Below, in pieces: positions 55,248 to 64,000 of a stretch of DNA of 64,000 nt. Positions within the stretch are counted from its first letter, which is position 1; each line of letters starts with the position of its first letter. The translations under genes were made by a program, and so were the position numbers. The stretch comes from a virus (lineage: Duplodnaviria; Caudoviricetes), in the IMG/VR virus record IMGVR_UViG_3300031555_007195, positions 1 through 64,000 of that record. One strand, 5' to 3'. The notes below the pieces were generated by a model. That model did not search any database and was not told the origin of the DNA. It saw only the letters and a program-made list of their open reading frames with translations.

Positions 55248-57416
55248 ATGACAATGGCAAAAACAAAAATTACCGAAGTTATGATGGATGATAAAACCAT
55301 AGATGCATCTAAAGAAATTGCAATGGTTTTTTCAATCGCCAATACATTGAGAGGCCCATACAAGCCTGATAAATATAAAGATGTCATTATTCCAATGATT
55401 ATTCTTCGTCGTTTAGAATGTGCTCTCGAACCAACAAAAGATGCTGTTGTTAAAATGACGAAAAACAATCCAGAGACACCTGCGCAATTGCTGTGCAAAG
55501 AATCCGGTTATCCTTTTTATAATACTTGTGAGTTCACATTGAAGAAACTTTTAACAGAAGCTCCTGCAATTGTAGAAAACCTCACATTTTACATTGAGTC
55601 CTTTTCCTCTAATGTACAATCAATTTTTGAGGAATTAAAATTCAAAGCAGAAATTAAAAATCTTGATAAAAATAATCGTTTGCTTGGTGTTGTTAAAAAG
55701 TTTTCTGAACTTGATTTGAACCCCGAAACTGTAGACGGTTTAAAAATGGGATATATGTTTGAGGAAATCATCAGACGCTTTTCTGAAAATGCCGAAGCTG
55801 GTGACCACTATACTCCAAGAGAAGTTATTCGTCTTTTAACGAGCATCCTTTTGGCAGAAGGATGCAGCGATGTCTTTAAAGAAGGACGAGAAGTTACTGT
55901 TTTGGATATGGCTTGCGGTACAGGCGGTATGCTTTCAACAGCACACGATTTTATTGTTCGTATGAACCCGGATGCTAAAGTTCGTTTATTTGGTCAAGAA
56001 AATAACGATGAATCCCATGCTATTTGTCTTGCAGATATGTTGATAAAAAATCAAGCAGCAGAAAATATTCGCTTTGCTGATACCATGAAGGAAGATTGCT
56101 TTGAAGATACCTCTATGCGTTTTGTTATCGCAAATCCTCCATTCGGTCAGCCGTGGGGCGGCAAGGATGCCGGAGATGGCGTTGAGGCTGCAGTAAGAAA
56201 AGAGCACAAAAAAGGAACAGATGGCAGATTCCCGGCAGGTCTTCCTGCTACAGGAGATATGCAGTTATTGTTCATGCAACACGCAATAGCTAAAATGCAG
56301 AAGAAAGTAGGACGAGCTGCAATTATTACAAACGGCTCTCCGCTATTTTCAGGAAACACAACAAGTGGTGAGAGTCAGATAAGAAGATATCTTTTAGAAA
56401 ATGACCTCGTAGAAGCAATAATCGGACTGCCTTCTCAACTGTTTTATAATACAGATATTGCTATTTATGCGTTTATCTTATCAAAGGGTAAAAGAAAAGA
56501 ACGCGAGGGCAAAGTTCAATTTATAGATGCAACAGATATGTGGACTCCCTTGAAACGTTCACTTGGTAAAAAGAGAAGAGAAATTGTCAAAGAGCAAATC
56601 ACTCTTATAACAGAAATGTATGCCGATTTTGTTGAAGGCAAAAAAACTTTGTGGTCTGAAAAACGCAAACATGACTGTGTTATCGAAAGTAAAATTTTTG
56701 ATCGAGAAGAATTTTTATATAAAGAATGGTCTGTTTATCAACCTTTACAACGTCGCGGAGTTATTAATGATGAAGCAATAGAAGCACTTAGTACAAGTGC
56801 GTTCTTTACAGCAAATACAAATGTATTTAACGAGGCAAAATTTGAAGAATTAGAACAGACAGATCCTCGTAGTGATTCCGATGAGAAAGCATATCAAAAA
56901 CAAATTAAGGGTCGTGAATTTACTAAAGCTGTTATCCAAGCGTTGAAAGAGCACAAGTCTGAAACTGTATATACAGATTTTGCCAAATTTGAAACGGCTC
57001 TCAAAAAGGCTCTTGCAGATGTGGAAGGATTGTCTCCGGCACGTTTACAAGCGATAGGTATGGAAATGTCTGTTATTGATAAAACTGCGGTCATTCAGAA
57101 AGATAAAAAAGGTCGCATCATGATTGACACTACCACAAAAGATACCGAAATTATAAGATTGAATCAAGATGTTAAAGCATACATGGACGCTGAAGTGTTT
57201 CCTCACATCCCTGATGCTCTTTACTTCTACGAATATGATGAAAAGAAGGCAGAAAGTGCCACAAACAAGGAGAAATTAGGAGCTGAATTCCCATTTACAA
57301 GATATTTTTATGAATATCATGAACCCGAGAAAGCTGATGAACTTTTAGCTCAGTTTATGGAATTGGAAAAATCTCTTTCTCAAAAAATCTCCGCTTTGCA
57401 GAAAGGAGCGGAATGA
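55248..57416 (+). CDS. hsdM: Type I R-M methyltransferase subunit
   Basis: HYTPREV, DMACGTGGM, FGQE, ANPPF, LFYNTDI. Confidence 0.93.
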   Translation: MTMAKTKITEVMMDDKTIDASKEIAMVFSIANTLRGPYKPDKYKDVIIPMIILRRLECALEPTKDAVVKMTKNNPETPAQLLCKESGYPFYNTCEFTLKKLLTEAPAIVENLTFYIESFSSNVQSIFEELKFKAEIKNLDKNNRLLGVVKKFSELDLNPETVDGLKMGYMFEEIIRRFSENAEAGDHYTPREVIRLLTSILLAEGCSDVFKEGREVTVLDMACGTGGMLSTAHDFIVRMNPDAKVRLFGQENNDESHAICLADMLIKNQAAENIRFADTMKEDCFEDTSMRFVIANPPFGQPWGGKDAGDGVEAAVRKEHKKGTDGRFPAGLPATGDMQLLFMQHAIAKMQKKVGRAAIITNGSPLFSGNTTSGESQIRRYLLENDLVEAIIGLPSQLFYNTDIAIYAFILSKGKRKEREGKVQFIDATDMWTPLKRSLGKKRREIVKEQITLITEMYADFVEGKKTLWSEKRKHDCVIESKIFDREEFLYKEWSVYQPLQRRGVINDEAIEALSTSAFFTANTNVFNEAKFEELEQTDPRSDSDEKAYQKQIKGREFTKAVIQALKEHKSETVYTDFAKFETALKKALADVEGLSPARLQAIGMEMSVIDKTAVIQKDKKGRIMIDTTTKDTEIIRLNQDVKAYMDAEVFPHIPDALYFYEYDEKKAESATNKEKLGAEFPFTRYFYEYHEPEKADELLAQFMELEKSLSQKISALQKGAE

Positions 57417-58765
57417 TGGAAAAGATGAAAGACAGCGGTATTAAATGGATTGGCGAAATACCATCTTCATGGAATACCAAACGAATCAAATATATGGCTA
57501 ACCTCAAAGGTCGTATCGGTTGGCAAGGCTTGACTTCTGAAGAATATCAAGATGAAGGTGCATATCTTATTACCGGCGTTGACTTTGCAAACGGAGGAAT
57601 TGATTGGGAAAACTGCGTTCATGTTCCCATGAAACGTTGGGAAGAAGCCAAAGATATACAAATAGAAAACGAAGACCTCCTAATAACCAAAGATGGAACA
57701 ATAGGTAAAGTTGCTATTGTTTCTGATATGCCCGGGGAAACTTCTCTTAATAGTGGCGTTCTTCGTATTATGCCTATTGAAGGATATAGCCGTAGATTCT
57801 TGTACTGGGTGTTAAAATCCGAAGTGTTTTGGAATTGGTTTAATTATAAGAATGCCGGAAATAGCACCATTGTTCATTTGTATCAGGGTGATTTTGATGA
57901 GTTTATTTATGCATTTCCCGACTATGATGAGCAAGAAACTATCGCAGATTTTCTTGATTTACAATGCAGAAAATTGGATGACATTATTAACGGATTGGTA
58001 AACCAAATCGAAAAGTTAAAAAATTACAAAAAGGCTTTGCTATATGAGGCTGTTACAAAAGGTCTGGATAAAAATGCTCCATTAAAGGATAGTGGTGTTA
58101 GATGTGTAGGACCGATACCAAGGCACTGGAAAATAAGTAAAGTTAAATATATAGCTGATGAATCACATCCTTACCCGATTGGAGACGGCGATCATGGAAT
58201 GATTAAGGCTGATGATTATCTTACAGAAGGAATTCCGTATATTAGAGTTCTTAATTTGACCTATGGCAATGGCTTGAATATGGAAAATCTTGTGTTTATT
58301 TCAGATTCTATGAATGCTCTGATAAAAAATAGCACATTGCACCCAAATGATATTTTAATTGCCAAAACAGGGGCAACAATTGGTAAAACTGCAATCGTAC
58401 CCGAGTCACTTCCTATAAGCAATACAACGTCTCATGTAGGGAAAATAACATTGCCCAAAACACAAAATGCCAAATATTTTTATTATGTCATGACATCTTT
58501 AGTTGTCCAAAATCAAATAGAAGACCTGTCTGCTATGCAAAGCACAAGACCAGAGTTAGGGATTGACGGACTTAAAAATTTAACCGTTATAGTTCCTTCG
58601 ATAGAAGAACAAAATGAAATAGTACAGTATTTGGACAAACACTGTCAACAAATTGACGAAGTTCTTTATATTAAAAACGAGCAATTATCATCAATAAAAA
58701 AACATAGAGACTCTATTGTTTTTGAGTATATCACCGGTAAAAAACGAGTAAAGGAGGTACAATAG
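57413..58765 (+). CDS. hsdS: Type I R-M specificity subunit
   Basis: Two TRD-conserved-region repeats (KDSG..W/C.G.IP..W; P...EQ..I..FLD). Confidence 0.92.
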   Translation: MMEKMKDSGIKWIGEIPSSWNTKRIKYMANLKGRIGWQGLTSEEYQDEGAYLITGVDFANGGIDWENCVHVPMKRWEEAKDIQIENEDLLITKDGTIGKVAIVSDMPGETSLNSGVLRIMPIEGYSRRFLYWVLKSEVFWNWFNYKNAGNSTIVHLYQGDFDEFIYAFPDYDEQETIADFLDLQCRKLDDIINGLVNQIEKLKNYKKALLYEAVTKGLDKNAPLKDSGVRCVGPIPRHWKISKVKYIADESHPYPIGDGDHGMIKADDYLTEGIPYIRVLNLTYGNGLNMENLVFISDSMNALIKNSTLHPNDILIAKTGATIGKTAIVPESLPISNTTSHVGKITLPKTQNAKYFYYVMTSLVVQNQIEDLSAMQSTRPELGIDGLKNLTVIVPSIEEQNEIVQYLDKHCQQIDEVLYIKNEQLSSIKKHRDSIVFEYITGKKRVKEVQ

Positions 58766-58766
58766 T

Positions 58767-61763
58767 ATGCCTATAAAAGCTGACCAATTAAAAGAAAAAG
58801 AAGATTTTCAAAAATTAATAATGGAGCGTTTAAATGAAGATAATGAATTCAGAATTCGTTCTAATACTGAGTATAAACCCGGTTTAGCTATGGATACTGA
58901 AATTCTTCTTGAGTTTTTGGAAGATACACAACACGAGACAATGGAAAAACTCCACCGTATGTATAAAGAGCGTACTAATGAAACTGTTATCAACTACATC
59001 AACTCTGAAATTAACAAAGAAAGCCGTGGGTTGATTGATGTTATTAAACATGGTGTTGAATTTGATAATGGTGCAACCCTCAAATTAATGTATCGTAAGC
59101 CGGATAGCACAATCAACACTCAAGCGGTAGAAAATTATAAAAAGAACATCTTCTCTGTTATGGAAGAAGTATATCACAAAGCAGATGAAAGAATAGACCT
59201 TGTTATATTCTTAAATGGACTTGCTGTTTTTGCAGTTGAGCTAAAATGCAATACTTCCGGTCAGAACTACGAAGATGCAATTAAGCAATATAAAGAACGA
59301 AGAGACGCTACTACTCGACTTTTCAAAAGCATGGTTGGTGTGTTTGCTGCGTTCGCCATGGATTTGAATGAGGTGTATTTCACAACAGGATTATGTGGAC
59401 TTGATACCTTCTTTAACCCTTTTAATATCGGCGAAAAATTCGGCAAAGGAAATCCACATAATCCCAACGGCCTAAATGTTTCGTATATGTGGGAAAACAT
59501 ATGGACTAAAGACAAAATTTTGTTCCTTATCGAAAGATTCATTTATATTAAGAAAAAAGAACGTAAGGATGCAGACACGGGTAAAATTAAAAAGTCAAAG
59601 TCGTTGATTTTCCCTCGTTTTCATCAAATGCGTGCAGTTGAGCGAGTGATGAACGATGTTATTGAGAACCACACATCGTGCAATTATCTTATTGAGCATT
59701 CTGCAGGAAGCGGTAAAACAGAAACCATTTCATGGCTTGCTCATATACTCGCAACAGTTCACGATAACAATAACGAGAATATTTTTGATACTGTTCTCAT
59801 TATTACAGACCGAATCATAGTTGACCGGCAATTACAGGAGGCTATTCTCGGAATTGAACATAAAAGCGGACAAGTAAAGGTTATGGATGATAAGTGTGAT
59901 TCGGAAGATTTGGCTTTAGCTCTTGGAGGAAACACAAAAATAGTTGTTACTACTATCCATAAGTTCTATTACATACTTAATAACAATCTGCTTGGAAACC
60001 TCAAAAGCAAAAAGTTCGCAGTTTTAATCGATGAGGCACATTCCTCTACCGAAGGCGTTTATATGCAGTCGGTTACTAACGTTCTTACCAACGAGGAAGA
60101 TGAAGAGGATAAAACCGAAGAAGATAAAATGCTTGAAGAAATCCAAAAGAGCGGAAAGCAAAGCAACGTTTCTATGATTGCATTTACTGCAACACCTAAG
60201 CCAGATACTTTACAGCTTTTTGGTACGCTTAATGCAGAAGGACAGAAGGAATCTTTTGACCTTTATTCCATGAAGCAAGCTATTGAAGAAAAGTATATCC
60301 TTAATGTTCTTGATAACTATGTAACATGGAAAACCTACTGTCATATTAATAAAGCTATTCAAGACGACCCTGAACTTCAGTCGATTACTGCCAAACGAAA
60401 AATGGCTCGATTTATCGATTTGCATGACACCAACATTGCTCAAAAAGTAGAAATTATTATTGAACATTTTAGAGCGAATGTTGCAGGCTGTCTTGATGGC
60501 AAAGCAAAAGCTATGGTAATTACATCATCAAGACCTGCTGCTGTAAAATATCGTCAAGAATTCGACCGTTATATTCAAGAACATGGATATACCGGCATAA
60601 AAGCACTTGTTGCTTTTTCAGGCAAAGTTCCTCTTGATGGTGAAGTATATACGGAATCCAGCGTTAATGGTTTTAAAGAAGAGGAACTCCGATATGAATT
60701 TGACCGTAGTTGTTATCAAGTACTTATTGTTGCAGATAAGTATCAAACAGGCTTTGACCAGCCAAAACTTGTAGCAATGTATGTTGACAAGCGTTTAAGA
60801 AAAGTAGCGGCAGTTCAAACACTTTCTCGTTTAAATCGAGTGTGTCCACCTTATGATAAAACAACTTTTGTTTTGGATTTCAAAAACAGCTATGATGATA
60901 TCAAGGCAGCATTTGAACCTTATTACAAGGAAACCATTCTATTTGAAACAATATCACCATCCGACATACGTGACCTTGATAGAGAAATAGATGCATATGA
61001 TTTTCTTGATGCCGATGAGGTTGAGGAATTCAACTCATACCTTTACAAAGATAATCGAACAGCAAAAGATAAGCAGCGTATGTGGGCATTGCTTGATAGT
61101 GCATTAAAGCGAATACAAAAATTGCCGGAACTTAAGCAAATGGAAATAAAAATAACAACTCGCCGTTTCTTGAAGGGGTATTGTTTCCTGATTCAATCAA
61201 CTGCATATGAGAATTTAGATTTCCATAAGAGATACAACTATCTATCTTACCTTGTAAAAGAACTAAATCCCGGTGGTGGCGGCAATAACTTCGACATTGC
61301 AGATAAAATTACTGTTAGCGACTTTAGACAAAAACAAATAGAAAAACACCAAGGTGAAGAAATCGAAGCTAAACCCGAAGTAAAAATTAAAAAACCAAAG
61401 CCTGCAAGTGTTGAAGAACAGCAGAAAAAACTTTTATCTCAAATTATTGATGAAGTAAATGCATTGTATGATAAAGATTATGAACCTGATTTTACAACCA
61501 AAGCGGCAATGCAGATTCGTGATTTGTTGTTAAAGAATGTGTCTATTAAAGACCGTCTTGAAAAAAGTGCAAAGAACAACACAATTAATGAATTTAAGTT
61601 TACTTATGATGATTGCGTTCAAGATGCACTTGTAGAAGGTTATGACCAAAATGCAGACTTTTACACTTTGTTGTTGAACAACGAAGAAATTCGTGCAAAG
61701 TTTGCGAATGTGTTCATGAATGAGATTTACAAAATCTTACGCGAAGAAACGCAGAACGACTAA
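58767..61763 (+). CDS. hsdR: Type I R-M restriction subunit
   Basis: IDLVIFLNGL..AVELK nuclease; HSAGSGKT; IDEAH; FTATP; QTGFDQP; QTLSRLNR. Confidence 0.93.
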   Translation: MPIKADQLKEKEDFQKLIMERLNEDNEFRIRSNTEYKPGLAMDTEILLEFLEDTQHETMEKLHRMYKERTNETVINYINSEINKESRGLIDVIKHGVEFDNGATLKLMYRKPDSTINTQAVENYKKNIFSVMEEVYHKADERIDLVIFLNGLAVFAVELKCNTSGQNYEDAIKQYKERRDATTRLFKSMVGVFAAFAMDLNEVYFTTGLCGLDTFFNPFNIGEKFGKGNPHNPNGLNVSYMWENIWTKDKILFLIERFIYIKKKERKDADTGKIKKSKSLIFPRFHQMRAVERVMNDVIENHTSCNYLIEHSAGSGKTETISWLAHILATVHDNNNENIFDTVLIITDRIIVDRQLQEAILGIEHKSGQVKVMDDKCDSEDLALALGGNTKIVVTTIHKFYYILNNNLLGNLKSKKFAVLIDEAHSSTEGVYMQSVTNVLTNEEDEEDKTEEDKMLEEIQKSGKQSNVSMIAFTATPKPDTLQLFGTLNAEGQKESFDLYSMKQAIEEKYILNVLDNYVTWKTYCHINKAIQDDPELQSITAKRKMARFIDLHDTNIAQKVEIIIEHFRANVAGCLDGKAKAMVITSSRPAAVKYRQEFDRYIQEHGYTGIKALVAFSGKVPLDGEVYTESSVNGFKEEELRYEFDRSCYQVLIVADKYQTGFDQPKLVAMYVDKRLRKVAAVQTLSRLNRVCPPYDKTTFVLDFKNSYDDIKAAFEPYYKETILFETISPSDIRDLDREIDAYDFLDADEVEEFNSYLYKDNRTAKDKQRMWALLDSALKRIQKLPELKQMEIKITTRRFLKGYCFLIQSTAYENLDFHKRYNYLSYLVKELNPGGGGNNFDIADKITVSDFRQKQIEKHQGEEIEAKPEVKIKKPKPASVEEQQKKLLSQIIDEVNALYDKDYEPDFTTKAAMQIRDLLLKNVSIKDRLEKSAKNNTINEFKFTYDDCVQDALVEGYDQNADFYTLLLNNEEIRAKFANVFMNEIYKILREETQND

Positions 61764-61781
61764 AATGTTAGGAGGTTATCT

Positions 61782-63269
61782 ATGGCTAAAAGAGAAAATC
61801 CATTTATGCATTATGTTGGTGACTATGAAAAAGAAGCCGAAGCGTTTTTAACAAAATACGAATGTTCTGAGGCCATAGATACCCCTATGCCAATTCCAAT
61901 TAGGGATATTGCCACACGATTGATGTCCTTGGATATTATTGAAACAGAATGTTTATCATTTGACGGCAGTGTTCATGGGGTTATAACTTTTTCTGGTGGC
62001 ATTATTGATGTGTATGATTGGAACAATGAAGAAACTGTTGGATACGAAGTGAGCAAACCCTCAATATTTATTGATGCGGATATTTCGAATGTTGGCAGAA
62101 TTAACAACACTCTTGCTCATGAATGTTTTCATTGGTGGAGGCATCGAAACTACTTCAATTTCAAACGAACACATGAAAACGGCACAGAATTTGCATTTCG
62201 TTGTAATAAATATCTTTCTACAACAGGAAGTTTAATCGGCGGACAGTGGTCAAATATTGACAAAATGGAATGGCAAGCTAAAACAATAGCCCCCAAAATA
62301 CTAATGCCTAAAAAAGCATTCAAAAAGAAGGTTGATGATACATATAAACGTTTTCTATCAAATTGTGATAAACAAACAGCAACACCTTTTGTTATAGATT
62401 CTATTGCGGATTTTTTTGAAGTATCAAAGCAATCTGCTGCAATTAGAATGTGTGAGTTGGGATACAGTGAGGCTCAAGCTTATTGTGATTTGGATATAAA
62501 ACGTAATTTGCAAAATCAACACCGTAATACATCTAAGGCTCAATATCATCGCAAACCTATTACAGCGGAAAAAGCTTTTGAATTATATTTAAATAACGAC
62601 CTGCTAAAAAGCACATTAGATACGGGTGCATTCGTTTTTGTTGATGGTTATTTTGTTCTAAATGATAGTAAATACGTTGTATATGATAATGGACAATCCA
62701 AACTATCGTCATATGCTAACAGCCATCTTGCAGAATGTACTTTAGACTTTTCGGTAAAACTAATACCCGATAGTTTTATGCATAGTTCATCACAAATGAT
62801 GTATCGTTCGGATAGTGTATTCAAGCAAGAACCTTCTTTTGATTCCAATACCCAAAATACCGAATTATATAACAAGGCAAAAGAGTTTGAGAAGAAACTT
62901 GCTAGAGCACAAGCGGATGCAATTACTCCGGCGGCATGGATGAAAAAACGAATGGCTGAAGAACACTGGAATGAGGTTATATTTGAAAGTAAAACCTTAT
63001 TAGATAAAATGAATTATTCACGAGTTACCAAAGGAACACACAAATTTTCTATGAGACCTTTAGTAGCGATGGGTGTTGGGTTAAACCTCGATTTAAGCGA
63101 AATGGAAGAGGTTTTGAAACACGGTGGCATGGCCTTTACAAAAGGAAATAAAGAGCAAGAAGCGTTCAAATTTTTGTTTACATCATTCCACAATTGTAGC
63201 ATTGAAGAGTGCAATGATTTCTTGAAAAAAATAGACATTGCACCCTTAGGGACCATACAAAAAAAGTAA
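61782..63269 (+). CDS. ImmA/IrrE (M78) metallopeptidase fused to a C-terminal XRE-like HTH
   Basis: TLAHECFH (HExxH), MEWQA...APKILMP, FEVSKQSAAIRM; C-terminal ..NYSRV...RPLVAMGVGLNL. Confidence 0.8.
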   Translation: MAKRENPFMHYVGDYEKEAEAFLTKYECSEAIDTPMPIPIRDIATRLMSLDIIETECLSFDGSVHGVITFSGGIIDVYDWNNEETVGYEVSKPSIFIDADISNVGRINNTLAHECFHWWRHRNYFNFKRTHENGTEFAFRCNKYLSTTGSLIGGQWSNIDKMEWQAKTIAPKILMPKKAFKKKVDDTYKRFLSNCDKQTATPFVIDSIADFFEVSKQSAAIRMCELGYSEAQAYCDLDIKRNLQNQHRNTSKAQYHRKPITAEKAFELYLNNDLLKSTLDTGAFVFVDGYFVLNDSKYVVYDNGQSKLSSYANSHLAECTLDFSVKLIPDSFMHSSSQMMYRSDSVFKQEPSFDSNTQNTELYNKAKEFEKKLARAQADAITPAAWMKKRMAEEHWNEVIFESKTLLDKMNYSRVTKGTHKFSMRPLVAMGVGLNLDLSEMEEVLKHGGMAFTKGNKEQEAFKFLFTSFHNCSIEECNDFLKKIDIAPLGTIQKK

Positions 63270-63321
63270 TTAGAATAACATATTTGCTCAAAACCAAAGA
63301 AAATTAATAGGAGGGATTATT

Positions 63322-64000
63322 TTGGAACAATTTGAATGGGTGGATTTTTATAAAGAATTTGCACGAACTCTATTACCATACAAAAACAACCGAAAAGTAA
63401 TTATTGATAAAATTATTTCTGTTTATCAAACGGCAGAGATTAATCTCCCAACACTTGAAAAAGACAATAACATTGTTGATATTGACCCTTTTACTGTGTT
63501 TGGACTTTTTAACAAAAGCAGCCTAAAAGATACAAATAGAGTAAAAATCATTAGTGGTCTTGCTAAAGAGTTTAGTGTTAGTATTGCAGCGCCGACAGCT
63601 TTTGGAAGTATACCAACATTAAATAATCAAAATGCTACATTTTATTATTTTGTTGGTGATCGTGATGAAGATGACATCGATAATCTTTGGAAATTGTTCG
63701 AGGCTGCTCTTAAATATGCTGACAATCCCTCTAGTGAAAACAGAACTGAAATAAGCAAATACTTTGATATTGTCATTAATAAAAAAGGCAACGGTAACAG
63801 CAAAGTTACAATGGGATTATATTGGATATCACCTGATGTGTTCCTTAATCTTGATAGTCGCAATGAGTGGTTTATTTATTCTTCGGGCAAAATTCCAGCA
63901 GATGTTGTTGCTTCTCTTCCCGAAATAGAAGCGAAAATTTCTGCAAAGAAATATTTTGATATTATTGAGGCATTGACTCGTTACATTAAGAACGAGAATT
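63322..64000 (+). CDS. McrB-like restriction protein, N-terminal part (partial)
   Basis: Not in the ORF track; TTG start after AGGAGGG; MEQFEWVDFYKEFA...DIDPFTVFGLFNK...KVTMGLYWISP..FLNLDSRN, an N-terminus I associate with McrB-like AAA proteins. The AAA domain lies beyond the window. Confidence 0.55.
   Translation, partial: MEQFEWVDFYKEFARTLLPYKNNRKVIIDKIISVYQTAEINLPTLEKDNNIVDIDPFTVFGLFNKSSLKDTNRVKIISGLAKEFSVSIAAPTAFGSIPTLNNQNATFYYFVGDRDEDDIDNLWKLFEAALKYADNPSSENRTEISKYFDIVINKKGNGNSKVTMGLYWISPDVFLNLDSRNEWFIYSSGKIPADVVASLPEIEAKISAKKYFDIIEALTRYIKNEN

Noticed and set aside
55232-55498. Toxin partner for the Phd-like gene
   Set aside because: Antisense to hsdM and has no RelE, Doc, PIN or ParE features.
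1-64000. tRNA or rRNA genes
   Set aside because: No cloverleaf with T-loop GTTCGA context or rRNA-like tract noticed by eye; tRNAscan-SE or barrnap would be decisive.

Overview
Low-GC Firmicute (Clostridia-like) chromosome segment in four blocks. (1) 1-3.3 kb: the 5' part of a TnsA-like gene and a repeat-rich, Tn7-like transposon end lying about 7 bp past the stop codon of guaA. This GuaA has a degenerate glutaminase domain. A four-helix-bundle gene follows, set between structured GTGAAAT/ATTTCAC hairpin arrays. (2) 3.5-14.9 kb: an AT-rich, plus-strand accessory island. It carries two divergent copies of a gamma-glutamylcyclotransferase + PPP-type metallophosphoesterase pair around a membrane-anchorless VirD4-like ATPase, a ClpP and an S1-domain fusion protein. 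Secreted/membrane unknowns and an out-of-context pyrH follow. This island is the best candidate for an undescribed system. (3) 14.9-54.8 kb: an apparently complete, minus-strand prophage with a contractile tail (PBSX Xkd-like), HK97 head, two large serine recombinases, two DNA methyltransferases, a MetK-like enzyme, Pol A/primase/SNF2 replication genes and a sigma-70-like regulator. It shows a -1 tail-chaperone frameshift, an overlapping ORF inside the C5 methyltransferase, a switch-like leader and a repeated 39-bp promoter motif. (4) 54.9-64 kb: a divergent defence cluster with an orphan Phd/YefM-like gene, type I restriction-modification (hsdMSR), an ImmA/IrrE-HTH fusion and the start of a McrB-like gene. 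All family calls come from motif recognition by eye; no database searches were run.
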